A stretch of 64,000 bases of DNA from Candidatus Thorarchaeota archaeon (GCA_046482545.1 JAWOEX010000021.1:201971-265970), one strand, 5' to 3'. Counted from the stretch's first letter, positions 10,449-20,121 are shown. The notes: generated by a model not told the origin, from the letters alone. Numbers and translations: made by a program.

Positions 10449-10558
10449 TGGCGGGACCGCCCGGATTCGAACCGGGGATTACCAACTCCGCAGGCTGGTG
10501 CCTTATTCTCCTCTTTCAGAAGATAATCCTCTGAAAGTCCAGGCTAGACTACGGCCCC
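10449..10558 (-). tRNA. tRNA-Arg(GCG) with 32-nt D-loop intron and encoded CCA
   Basis: Reverse complement reads GGGGCCGTAGTCTAGCCTGG[intron]ATAAGGCACCAGCCT-GCG-GAGTTGGTAATCCCCGGTTCGAATCCGGGCGGTCCCGCCA, a full cloverleaf after intron removal. Confidence 0.93.
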
Positions 10559-10642
10559 TAGGTAAATCCATTGAGAGTTTCTTATAGACCCTTCGCTGGG
10601 GAGCTAGATGAAACTCCTGCTAAATAAGAAGAATTCAGGGAA

Positions 10643-10831
10643 TCAGGCAACGGGTGTTTCAACCGGATCGACAACGGCCTTTCCATTGCACTTAGTAACA
10701 CGGAGCAGATACTCTGGGGTCTGGAGCAGAAAGCTTTCACCCTCCTCCAAGTACTGAAGAACCGAGTCGCCATCAGGATTGTTGAGCTGTTTGTCGTATT
10801 TTGATACGATTCTTTCTAATTGTGAACTCAT
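10643..10831 (-). CDS. Small hypothetical protein (62 aa) between the two tRNA-Arg genes
   Basis: ORF with a TATA-like TTTATA at about 10877-10882 (minus strand) and a GGTGG SD-like motif. Confidence 0.55.
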   Translation of the reverse strand: MSSQLERIVSKYDKQLNNPDGDSVLQYLEEGESFLLQTPEYLLRVTKCNGKAVVDPVETPVA

Positions 10832-10921
10832 TAAGGTCAACCACCCATATTGTGTGTTAGTATATTTCTCAGAGATATAAAGCCCGCTCGAATGCCATGA
10901 AAAGGAGATAAGTTAGAGTGA

Positions 10922-11031
10922 TGGCGGGACCGCCCGGATTCGAACCGGGGATTACCAACTCCGGAGGCTGGTGCCTTATTCTCCTCTTTCAGAAGATAAT
11001 CCTCTGAAAGTCCAGGCTAGACTACGGCCCC
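10922..11031 (-). tRNA. tRNA-Arg(CCG) with the same 32-nt D-loop intron and encoded CCA
   Basis: Identical to 10449-10558 except C instead of G at anticodon position 34; TTTAAG TATA-like element about 22-27 nt upstream. Confidence 0.93.
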
Positions 11032-11069
11032 ACCGTCTCACCTTCTCAAGACCTTAAAGCATTTACCAC

Positions 11070-11588
11070 CTATTGAACGATTTTACTTTTGTTGATGAGC
11101 CACCAAGCACCTTGTTTCCCGCTACGCAGTCCTTTCTCATATTCCAAGACCTGTGAACCGGTCTCTTTCTTAGCTGCTTCATTCAATCTATGAATTCGAT
11201 CTAAGATGGTTCGGCGTTTTGATTCACTTCCAAGTAACTCTTGGGCAAGTTCGGGTGTAGTAGCCCCCTCATACTGAACAAAATGTGTCAATATCTTTCG
11301 ATCTAACTCATCTCTGCATATGGTTTCATCTGCTATCGAGTTCAACTGGCCCCTATACACGCTCGTTGATTGTTGCTCCTCAAGATACTCTACCCGGGTT
11401 CGGAGTTCGTCAACTTCATCTACAAGCCTATTGACAATGGGTGGAAAATCCTCATCTAGCTTGGAAAGAATAGCATCTCTAATGAAACGCTGGCGGCCGC
11501 GTTCACCAGCAGCCCGGTCTATCCTCTGTAGAAGGTCTGGACTAAGTCGTATTCTGATACTCACTTCATCTCGATTAGACGATGTCAT
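11070..11588 (-). CDS. Putative DNA-binding protein: RHH, coiled coil and wHTH-like domain
   Basis: VSIRIRLSPDLLQRIDRAAGERGRQRFIRDAI (RHH pattern); heptad segment LVDEVDELRTRVEYLE; LDRKIL...TTPELAQEL (HTH-like). Confidence 0.65.
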   Translation of the reverse strand: MTSSNRDEVSIRIRLSPDLLQRIDRAAGERGRQRFIRDAILSKLDEDFPPIVNRLVDEVDELRTRVEYLEEQQSTSVYRGQLNSIADETICRDELDRKILTHFVQYEGATTPELAQELLGSESKRRTILDRIHRLNEAAKKETGSQVLEYEKGLRSGKQGAWWLINKSKIVQ

Positions 11589-11659
11589 TCCGAAGTACCA
11601 TCATTTTAGTAGACACATAGAGATACGGAGATGTCTGGTTCTTCGTGTATTCGACACAG

Positions 11660-11667
11660 TTATAAAA
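11660..11667 (+). promoter_or_regulatory. TATA box for the 11709 gene
   Basis: TTATAAAA about 45 nt before the ATG, with a GGTGA SD-like motif in between. Confidence 0.55.
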
Positions 11668-11708
11668 ACAGTTTCCCGGTCTGGACCGAAGCACTGCGGT
11701 GATGCAAA

Positions 11709-12002
11709 ATGGGCGATAAGGAGAAAGCTCTAGAAAGAAAAAGAGCAAGATTACGGAATAGGCAGAATCCTTCGGTTACAAATGAAAAGCAAGAGAAAAG
11801 ACTACGCAGTGTGAACGCCAAGTACTGGAAAATCAAGAAGGAACGAGCCGAAAGAAAAGGCATTATCTTTGAAAGAGAAGCTCCAGAGAAAGAGCCTGAG
11901 ATTGAGGAAGTTGAGGAAGAGAAGGAAGAAAGACTGGTTTCGGACGAAGATTTAGATGATCTTTACACCTATGATGAGGAAATTGAAGAAGAGGAAGAAT
12001 AG
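11709..12002 (+). CDS. Small charged protein with basic N-half and acidic C-half
   Basis: 97-aa ORF with TATA and SD signals; K/R-rich then E/D-rich. Confidence 0.7.
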   Translation: MGDKEKALERKRARLRNRQNPSVTNEKQEKRLRSVNAKYWKIKKERAERKGIIFEREAPEKEPEIEEVEEEKEERLVSDEDLDDLYTYDEEIEEEEE

Positions 12003-12117
12003 ATAACAAATTGATTGCTGACCGCAAATCTGCTTTCCGTGTTCTCTCAGCCAGTTTAAACACCTCGTTCAAATGAAACATCTTATGTAGGATAAGTGCA
12101 ATGATGTAACTGGTTGA

Positions 12118-14556
12118 GTGCTAATGAAAAAGACTGCTCTACTGAGTTTCTTTCTTATACTGATACTATCATTGCAGATGCCAATTGCACAGGATGCATC
12201 GACTACATCCAGTGCAAATGACATTCAGAATTCTCTCTCCAATTCTGTTGGAGGCAATGTGCTAGTTGACGAGTCTCATACTGGTAATGCATCCGAAATG
12301 TGGACACCAGGAAATGCATCTATGTTTGGCTGGATAATAGCAGAGCATGGATACAATGTTAGTATGAACTGGAATTCATCTCTTGACAGCGGTATTCTCG
12401 ACGAATACGATATTCTGTGTTTGTTCTTCCCATATATTCCGCTGACATCACAGGAGACTGATGCCATTCATACATTCGTTGAAAATGGGGGAGGTTTATT
12501 GCTGGTTGGAGTGAATCCTCTAGAGTCTACTTGGGGATACAGCAGCTCAAATCTGAATCCGGTATCATCCGCGTATGGAATAGAATTCAACGCGGAAAGG
12601 TGGCGCGGGCGTATACTGAGAAGTGAGGGGGACTTCTCAGTAGATCACCACATAACGACAGATGTAAGCTCATTCCATTCAAATGCAGACCAGCTGAGTG
12701 GATGTACAATATCTCTGAGCGGCTCAGCTACACCATTAGCAACGGGCGGCGCGGGAGATGTTCTTGCTGTTGCAGAAGACGGCAGTGGGAAAGTAGTAGC
12801 AATTGGATCTCTTGCCCCATTCACTCAGTACAGAAAAAATGTCGGATGGCAAGTAGATGAAGACGATCACTCGCAGCTAACCGTCAATATTTTCGATTGG
12901 TTGGTTGGAGCTGAGCAAAGGTCAGTTAGTCTTCCAGAGAGAGCCATTATCAAGGTCGGACAAGGACCTGATTTGAATGAAACAGAAATTGCAGAGTATG
13001 AAATATTCAATGGGGCGTATCACGAACACACAACTGCTAGTGATGGGCAAGACTCACCAAGTACAATGGCGATAAGAAACATCGAGGTGGAACAGGATTT
13101 CTGTGTGATGACAGATCATTCCTATGATACACCTGCTACAAACGGAATCCATGGAGCCCTAGGAATGAGAGATTTCACAAGAGAATATGGATTGGATTCG
13201 GAAATATTCATTGGAGCTGAGTTATCTGCGATTCCGCACACAGTCGGCTTTCCCCTTACTGAACAGATCTATACCAGCAGTACGCAAACAGCTGTAGATG
13301 GAATCCATTCTCAAGGAGGTATAGCAGTATTCTGCCACCCAACCATAGGATATCCGTACGCGGAGGTCTGGGAGAACTTTGAGGAATACGGTTATGACGC
13401 ATTTGAAGTAGATAATTCCGGATATATCCACGGCTTGGGAGAACAAGCATACTTCTGGCCTTTTATGGGAGCCTCGGATGGTCATTCTGCTGCAAAACTT
13501 GGCAGGGTGAGGAATGTGGCATTTGTAAAGAATCCAAGTGGACCAAGTGGTGCAATTACAGCACAAGACCTTGTAGATGCGGTCTTGAATCGTAGAATAG
13601 TCATTCTTGACAAGTATAACAATCTCGTTTTCGGTCAAGGTGTCTGGGTTGATCGTTTTCTATCACTTCAGGAGTCGGCTGAAACTGCTGTTGAAAATGC
13701 AGAGACTCAAATTGAGACACTTGAAAGTAGCGGATACAACATGTCACTCTCGCAGCTCTACCTCAACCACGCAAAAAGCGCCCTAGACTGGTGGAATCCA
13801 ACCCGGGCACTGCAATATGCAGACGATGCAATAGGTGACGAAGTGACCGGTATTGCATTAAATGTGAAATCTGAGTGCATTGGAGTAGTTGAAGCAAACA
13901 GCGAGACAATAGTGACTCTATCAATGTCCAACAGGCTCGAAGCCGGAATACACCTGAATGCTACTCCTTTCGTCGGTACATCTTTGAGCTTTGAAGAGAA
14001 GTCAAAGATTCTCGCAGCAGGTTCAGGCACTACAGAAGATGTAGATTTCATCGCTCAATCAGACAGCTACGGATATACGAAGGTCGTTTTCAACCTGAAG
14101 GACTTCAACACAACAGAGAATCTGAAACCTGTCACTCTATTGACTGGCGGGATTATTGACAGTGTCACCTCTTCAGTGGAATCTACTGACGAAGGATTGA
14201 TGTTAGCCATTGATCTCCCACAGGACAGCGGCAGCAAGGATTTGATTTCGTCTGTGAATCTCACCTATTCGAATGACGGTACAGAGGAAACCATACTCAT
14301 GCAATACGTGGGAGGCAAGTATAGCGTTGAAATTGGTCCATATTCAGAAGGGACCAATGTAACTATCCAAGTATCTGTCGGGGATAAACTAGGCAATACA
14401 TTTCTCCTCGAGAGCAAGACGATTACAGTCACTGGAGCGACAAGTCCCAGTTCACCCGGAATGCTTAATCCGCTGGTACTCGCCGCAATAGGTGTGACCG
14501 TAGTCGTTATCATCGCAGTTGTCTTCGTTGTTATGAGAAAAAAAGGAACAATCTAG
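12118..14556 (+). CDS. Membrane-anchored extracellular protein: GATase-like domain, PHP metallohydrolase domain and C-terminal TM anchor
   Basis: Signal peptide; VLVDESH and FVENGGGLLLVG; PHP motifs HEHTTASDG, TDH, HP and SDGH; C-terminal TM followed by RKK. Confidence 0.8.
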   Translation: MLMKKTALLSFFLILILSLQMPIAQDASTTSSANDIQNSLSNSVGGNVLVDESHTGNASEMWTPGNASMFGWIIAEHGYNVSMNWNSSLDSGILDEYDILCLFFPYIPLTSQETDAIHTFVENGGGLLLVGVNPLESTWGYSSSNLNPVSSAYGIEFNAERWRGRILRSEGDFSVDHHITTDVSSFHSNADQLSGCTISLSGSATPLATGGAGDVLAVAEDGSGKVVAIGSLAPFTQYRKNVGWQVDEDDHSQLTVNIFDWLVGAEQRSVSLPERAIIKVGQGPDLNETEIAEYEIFNGAYHEHTTASDGQDSPSTMAIRNIEVEQDFCVMTDHSYDTPATNGIHGALGMRDFTREYGLDSEIFIGAELSAIPHTVGFPLTEQIYTSSTQTAVDGIHSQGGIAVFCHPTIGYPYAEVWENFEEYGYDAFEVDNSGYIHGLGEQAYFWPFMGASDGHSAAKLGRVRNVAFVKNPSGPSGAITAQDLVDAVLNRRIVILDKYNNLVFGQGVWVDRFLSLQESAETAVENAETQIETLESSGYNMSLSQLYLNHAKSALDWWNPTRALQYADDAIGDEVTGIALNVKSECIGVVEANSETIVTLSMSNRLEAGIHLNATPFVGTSLSFEEKSKILAAGSGTTEDVDFIAQSDSYGYTKVVFNLKDFNTTENLKPVTLLTGGIIDSVTSSVESTDEGLMLAIDLPQDSGSKDLISSVNLTYSNDGTEETILMQYVGGKYSVEIGPYSEGTNVTIQVSVGDKLGNTFLLESKTITVTGATSPSSPGMLNPLVLAAIGVTVVVIIAVVFVVMRKKGTI

Positions 14557-14620
14557 GTAGCGAGTTGGACATAGAGCCCTCTCGCTGCCATCCCTATAGC
14601 TCGCGGACAGGAGTAGAAGG

Positions 14621-15445
14621 ATGACAAGCCTACTTGAGATTACGAAATATCTGAATGATATAGCACCGGATAGACTTTCTCTTGCTCAGCAGGAAGGGCA
14701 CGTGGAAATAGGGCCACAGTCTACAATTGAACGGGCTAGGACTACTGTTAACAGGGTTTTAGTAGCATCTTATCCTTCTGCAAGGGTCGTGACAAGCGCT
14801 ACCCAGCAAAAAGCAAACCTTCTCATAACTAATAGGCCGATTTTTTCTACTCCCAAGAAACACCTTGGCGGATGGAATCTTGACCGCGTCCGACTACTGA
14901 GTAAGAATTACATATCCACATACGTTATGAGTTCAGCTTGGACAGGATTTGAGAACGGGCTCAGTGATGCACTTGTAGAGAAACTTGGCCTCACCCATAA
15001 GCAACAATTCATGACAAAGGGGGACTACGAACCGTCTGTTCCTGCAGGTCGTATAGTTGGTACTGCGGAGACTATGAACCATTCTCGGTTTATTAACTAC
15101 GTCGCCGATAAGCTGAATCTAGATTCAATTAGATTCACTGGTCAGCTGGATCAAGAAGTGGAACGTGTAGTAGTCATTCCCGGTGAACTGGTTTCAGAAC
15201 GTGAAATTCTGAATGCCCTTGAGAAGAAAGCTAAGACGATATTGACCGGGGATGTGACACCACGTACGAGAATCCTAGCAACTGAACGTGGCTGTAATCT
15301 GCTTGAGTTAGGTTCTTTCGTGACGGAGAACCCGGGTATGGAACGGCTCAACAACTATCTAAGCTTAGAATTTCCCGAATTGAAAGTCTCGTATGTTGAA
15401 GCCCAGCCGCATAGTAAGACCCTCTGTTTTGAAAAGAGAATATAG
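14621..15445 (+). CDS. NIF3/DUF34-like protein with His ligands lost
   Basis: Fold pattern is recognisable (LNDIAP, ANLLIT..P.F, GLSDAL, ILTGD, G.F.TE.PGM) but the HH/H/H ligands are replaced. Confidence 0.75.
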   Translation: MTSLLEITKYLNDIAPDRLSLAQQEGHVEIGPQSTIERARTTVNRVLVASYPSARVVTSATQQKANLLITNRPIFSTPKKHLGGWNLDRVRLLSKNYISTYVMSSAWTGFENGLSDALVEKLGLTHKQQFMTKGDYEPSVPAGRIVGTAETMNHSRFINYVADKLNLDSIRFTGQLDQEVERVVVIPGELVSEREILNALEKKAKTILTGDVTPRTRILATERGCNLLELGSFVTENPGMERLNNYLSLEFPELKVSYVEAQPHSKTLCFEKRI

Positions 15446-15460
15446 GTAGTAGAAACTAAT

Positions 15461-16345
15461 CTAGCCGCGTATCATAACGACGTTCTTGTGGCGGTCCACT
15501 CCAACATGACGGGCCACTGGCCAGCATTTTGTTCTCAGGATGTGTACGACCGGACATAGTTCAGAAGTATCAAATTCCGTCATGCTCTCGTAGTTGCCCA
15601 TTCCTTTCGCCACCACTAACTCAGCGGAGAAAAGCAATTCCTTGAAATCATCTGAATCACGCTCTAGATTGACTCCAATTGCCGGAGCTCCAGTATCAAC
15701 CACTCTGTCGGCACATTCATCTAACCCGACTTCCTCCGCGTCAGTCATGGTAGCATCGTTAAGAATAGGACCTCCTTTCACAACTGCGACCACTTTGGCT
15801 CCGAGATCCTGAATCTGTTCAATAAGCACCATGTCCAACACGATTTCACCTGCGTTGTCCATCAAGTAAACGACTTCGTCAACATCCTGACATAGTCTGT
15901 AAAACTCATCGACCTCGTCAATAGCCAAATCAGATTCTACATCATCCACCAACTCTCGAAGCACATTCAAATCGAAATCCCTCCCTGAGACATCAAACTC
16001 TATTGCATTCGCTGCAGCTGCAATCAGTGCAGCCTTCCTGAACATAAAATGAGAATCAATCTGTTCATGTACCAGTCTACGAAGAGTTGGGAGTAGTTCA
16101 AGAGCTAGCGTGTTGGATTCTTCTTTGAGGCTTTCATATGGGTCATTCCCTGTTATCTTCTGAACAAGCAAGTCTCTTTCAGTACCAATATGGCTGGGTA
16201 CTGAGTTTTCATCAAGCTTCTCACCGAACAGCTTGGTGATTGCTGTTACGACCTCCATTTGTTTTTCTAAGTCATCGGTAGCAAGCTTGGCTTGGTTTAC
16301 TGCTCGTTCAATGAGACAATGGACGCATTCGACGTCGACTTTCAA
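15461..16345 (-). CDS. ARMT1-like/DUF89 damage-control phosphatase
   Basis: ECVHC, DPY, DNAGEIVLD, ILNDAT, KGMGNYES and KC.PVA motifs. Confidence 0.92.
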   Translation of the reverse strand: MKVDVECVHCLIERAVNQAKLATDDLEKQMEVVTAITKLFGEKLDENSVPSHIGTERDLLVQKITGNDPYESLKEESNTLALELLPTLRRLVHEQIDSHFMFRKAALIAAAANAIEFDVSGRDFDLNVLRELVDDVESDLAIDEVDEFYRLCQDVDEVVYLMDNAGEIVLDMVLIEQIQDLGAKVVAVVKGGPILNDATMTDAEEVGLDECADRVVDTGAPAIGVNLERDSDDFKELLFSAELVVAKGMGNYESMTEFDTSELCPVVHILRTKCWPVARHVGVDRHKNVVMIRG

Positions 16346-16402
16346 TTAGATTCCCAGTTCTCTAGCCATTCAAGTGCCTGAAAAACCAAACGGAATAGAC
16401 AC

Positions 16403-17101
<699 letters not shown>

Positions 17102-17166
17102 CTATAGAGCCTGACTTCCTAATAAGTGCCTATGATAACTCGTTTCTTACAGTTTCGAACCGATTA

Positions 17167-17742
17167 TCAGGGACGAATCTGGCCGACTAATAGGCGCAGA
17201 ATGGGTACCCTGACATAACCCCGCTTATTCAGTTCTTCAATGGGTTTACGCACCTCAATTTTGACATATTTGTCCGGTTCGCTCTCTCGATAATACTGCA
17301 TGTAAATGTCAGAAAACTCATCAAACGTCACAGCATCAAGGAGGCTCTTGGCTACAGAATTGGAAATTCGAATAAAGACATCTTCGTCAGAACAAGTGCC
17401 AGATTCAATCTGAACTGGACCCATAGAGTTCTTAGTGACGTTGAATCGCTCACCCATGACCATAAACTCCAGCGAGAACTCATCTGGAGCGTTCATTCCT
17501 CTCGCTGTTTCTTCACTATCGAACAAGAAATCCAGCCGCTTCTGAAACGTGGAATGATACGGAATAGCGCCTTCCACACGATCGAGCGGCTTCTCAACAA
17601 CTTCAGCTTCTTCCTCAGCCCCAATTTCTTGTTTGGTCTTGGCCTCGGCGGATGGCTCCTCTGTCACTTCTGATTCGGCTTCAACTTTTTCATCTTCTTT
17701 TTCCTCCTTACCGAGGAATTTCTTAATCCTGTCCATAACCAT
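17167..17742 (-). CDS. Hypothetical protein with acidic linker and SCP2-like C-terminal domain
   Basis: MVMDRIKKFLG N-terminus, E-rich linker, then F.V.K...G.VQIESG...DEDVFIRIS resembling the SCP2 pattern. Confidence 0.6.
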   Translation of the reverse strand: MVMDRIKKFLGKEEKEDEKVEAESEVTEEPSAEAKTKQEIGAEEEAEVVEKPLDRVEGAIPYHSTFQKRLDFLFDSEETARGMNAPDEFSLEFMVMGERFNVTKNSMGPVQIESGTCSDEDVFIRISNSVAKSLLDAVTFDEFSDIYMQYYRESEPDKYVKIEVRKPIEELNKRGYVRVPILRLLVGQIRP

Positions 17743-17835
17743 TTTTATGATTCTCCCGAGTTCATTTTGAACTGAATGAGCACTCAAGCAACACTCTGAT
17801 TACACCACTAAAAAACATATTTTAGATAGAGATAT

Positions 17836-18057
17836 TCACGGCGAGGATATCTCTTCCTCAGAAGAAGACTCCTGAAGCTGCGATACAAGCGGGGCAGAAG
17901 TGCGTTTTTGTGTTCTTGTGCCCCACAGTTCATCAACAAGCAAGTCCCGAATAGCGATTCGAATCGCTTCAGATCGATTTGGGTACTTACTCTGTTCTAC
18001 CAAGTCCTCGATACCGGTAACATACCTTTGAGGCAAACATAGTGTGACGACTTTCAT
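17836..18057 (-). CDS. Ribbon-helix-helix (CopG/CdrS-like) regulator
   Basis: MKVVTLCLP...IEDLVEQSKYPNRSEAIRIAIRDLL. Confidence 0.88.
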   Translation of the reverse strand: MKVVTLCLPQRYVTGIEDLVEQSKYPNRSEAIRIAIRDLLVDELWGTRTQKRTSAPLVSQLQESSSEEEISSP

Positions 18058-18472
18058 CTGAATCCTTTGAGTTGTTTGACAAACCAAATAATGAATCGGT
18101 GTCTCACTCAGGTTGTCACTGGGATATTACTCGCTTAGGAATTAGTAGGCCCAACAGCAGGACCAGTTCTTAGCCTTCGAACAACTTTACCAAAGCCTCT
18201 TGAAAAATCGGCTTTGTCTTCGAGCAGCTTCTTGGGATCCTCAATGATGATTGCAAATACGAATCTTGTGACATTGCAATCATTTGTATCATAGAACATT
18301 TCCGGAGGCTTAAGGAACCAATCCTTCTATTGCTTCACAACACGCTTCGCGAAATGTCTAATCTAAACGAGTTATCAACAGTAGAAAGCACGAGTAAAGG
18401 GCAACATCCAAAGAATAGCACTTAAAGAGGGAAGGGGGTCATGGAAAGCAGATACACCTGAAGGTGATATGA

Positions 18473-18757
18473 ATGGGAAATCAAGGAAAAGTACGAGCAA
18501 GCCACATTCTTGTTGACAAGCATAGTAGAGCAGTAGAGATCATCAATAAGATTAAGGAAGGAGCCAGTTTCAAGAAGATGGCAAAAGAACACAGCGAGTG
18601 CCCAAGCAGAAAGAAAGGCGGGGATCTTGGCTACTTTACCAGGGGCAAAATGGTGAAGCCATTTGAGCAAGCTGCCTTTGACCTCACAGTTGGAGCCATG
18701 ACTCAAGAACCCGTGAAAACTCAGTTTGGTTACCACATAATAAAGAGAACTGGCTAG
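18473..18757 (+). CDS. ppiC: Parvulin-type peptidyl-prolyl isomerase
   Basis: RASHILV, SECPS..KGGDLG.F.RG.MVKPFE and KTQFGYHII motifs. Confidence 0.95.
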   Translation: MGNQGKVRASHILVDKHSRAVEIINKIKEGASFKKMAKEHSECPSRKKGGDLGYFTRGKMVKPFEQAAFDLTVGAMTQEPVKTQFGYHIIKRTG

Positions 18758-18789
18758 TCTGCTAGTAGGAGAGAACGAAACAATAGAAG

Positions 18790-18824
18790 TTGGACTAAGG
18801 CCCGTTTAAGGGCCCGAAGTCCAA
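18790..18824. terminator. Hairpin between the convergent ppiC and fbp genes
   Basis: TTGGACT-AA-GGCCC-GTTTAA-GGGCC-CGA-AGTCCAA, with a pyrimidine-rich tract following on the minus strand. Confidence 0.6.
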
Positions 18825-18835
18825 GAACTAAACAA

Positions 18836-19957
18836 CTATTCTTTTTCTGGCCGTATCTCTTCTTCAGTAAAGCGATCAGCACATTTGTCTAACACTCTTG
18901 GGAGAGTAGTATACTCCATCGCTCTCTCATCAAGCCGATGCGGCATGAAGGGGCCATGTCTCCTGAGATACTCCACAGCATCCATTGCTCGCTTCCGGGT
19001 GATGTCAAATGCAACATCCTCAAAGAGATCAACAGGACCAAGCAATTTGCCGTGGGCTACATGAAATCCTAGTCCGATGACCCGGGGAGGACCATCAAAT
19101 CGTGTACATCGGGAATCCTCCAAGCTGACCGGCATCAGTGGGCCAATATGAGAGCCACGCATCCATCCCGCCACCATATGAGGTATTGTAAAGCCCTCCA
19201 GTATTTCACCCATTGCCGGGAGACCAGAGTGGCCTCTTACTATAGCCACCGGATCATCCTTGCCGATGTACTTCCCTGCGATCTGGTGGAGTTTGTCAGT
19301 GCTTACTGCGGCCGCAGGCATTCCATCATTACGGTAGATTTTCTTGATAGTATAGCGACCAGTACTCCCCAACAAAGCCAGAAGGTCGTACGTCTCTTCA
19401 GGGCATTTCATTTCAAGGTAACAGGGTACCTCCTTCTTAATGTCCTGTATAACGAAACTGAAGCCCTCGTGAAAACTGGGATCTATGACCAAACCCGGAG
19501 TATTAAAGGGATCTGCAAAGATACGGAACAATGGTAAACTGAAAGCACCTGGTTCCGTTTTATCTGCACAGAAAATCGCGAACGGATCGGATTTTCGTTC
19601 TTCGATGGTCATTTCCGCAGAACCGGGGCCCATACCCTTTACATTACCGCTAAAGGTATCTTCAAGCATATCCTGTCCGGCTGCATAGATTTTTCTTTTC
19701 CTAGCTTCTTCCGAACCTTTCATGAAGGTGTTCCATGCAAGCTCATGGACTTCTTCATTGTCCTCTCCCTTATCATGGGTCATAATGAGCTCAAGGTCGT
19801 CACCTGCATGTGTTACGTAGTAGTCATTAATTATGCCATCTTCTACACCCGCTTTCATGGACTTACGTGCAATCTCCAATAGAAAATCGGGCACTATAAC
19901 ATGTCCAGCCAATGATCCTATGTCGGCCTTGATTACGCTAAGAGTCGTCTTCACCAT
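18836..19957 (-). CDS. fbp: Bifunctional fructose-1,6-bisphosphate aldolase/phosphatase (class V)
   Basis: IKADIGS..GH, GDD, GQD....FSGN..GMGPG, DKTEPGAF, GKYIGKDDP, GWMRGSH.GP and MEYTTLP motifs. Confidence 0.97.
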   Translation of the reverse strand: MVKTTLSVIKADIGSLAGHVIVPDFLLEIARKSMKAGVEDGIINDYYVTHAGDDLELIMTHDKGEDNEEVHELAWNTFMKGSEEARKRKIYAAGQDMLEDTFSGNVKGMGPGSAEMTIEERKSDPFAIFCADKTEPGAFSLPLFRIFADPFNTPGLVIDPSFHEGFSFVIQDIKKEVPCYLEMKCPEETYDLLALLGSTGRYTIKKIYRNDGMPAAAVSTDKLHQIAGKYIGKDDPVAIVRGHSGLPAMGEILEGFTIPHMVAGWMRGSHIGPLMPVSLEDSRCTRFDGPPRVIGLGFHVAHGKLLGPVDLFEDVAFDITRKRAMDAVEYLRRHGPFMPHRLDERAMEYTTLPRVLDKCADRFTEEEIRPEKE

Positions 19958-20121
19958 TCACAGCTCGCTCCATCTATTCTTGGTCTTCCAGTATCAGGAG
20001 GGTCCCTCCTCAAATCCCATAACAGGCATTTCGAACCAACCTAGGAGGTGAGCACCCCTTTCGAGTGTTCATTATTATACACACATATAATAGTACCGCA
20101 AGAACATAAATTGTATCGAAT

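Larger units (their letters stand above)
10449..11031. repeat. 110-bp direct repeat (109/110 identical) formed by the two tRNA genes
   Basis: Direct comparison of 10449-10558 with 10922-11031. Confidence 0.95.

Noticed and set aside
17167-17742. SepF assignment
   Set aside because: The N-terminal amphipathic helix is similar but the C-terminal domain does not match the SepF pattern.
18244-18300. C/D-box sRNA (ATGATGA)
   Set aside because: No CTGA D box at a suitable distance.
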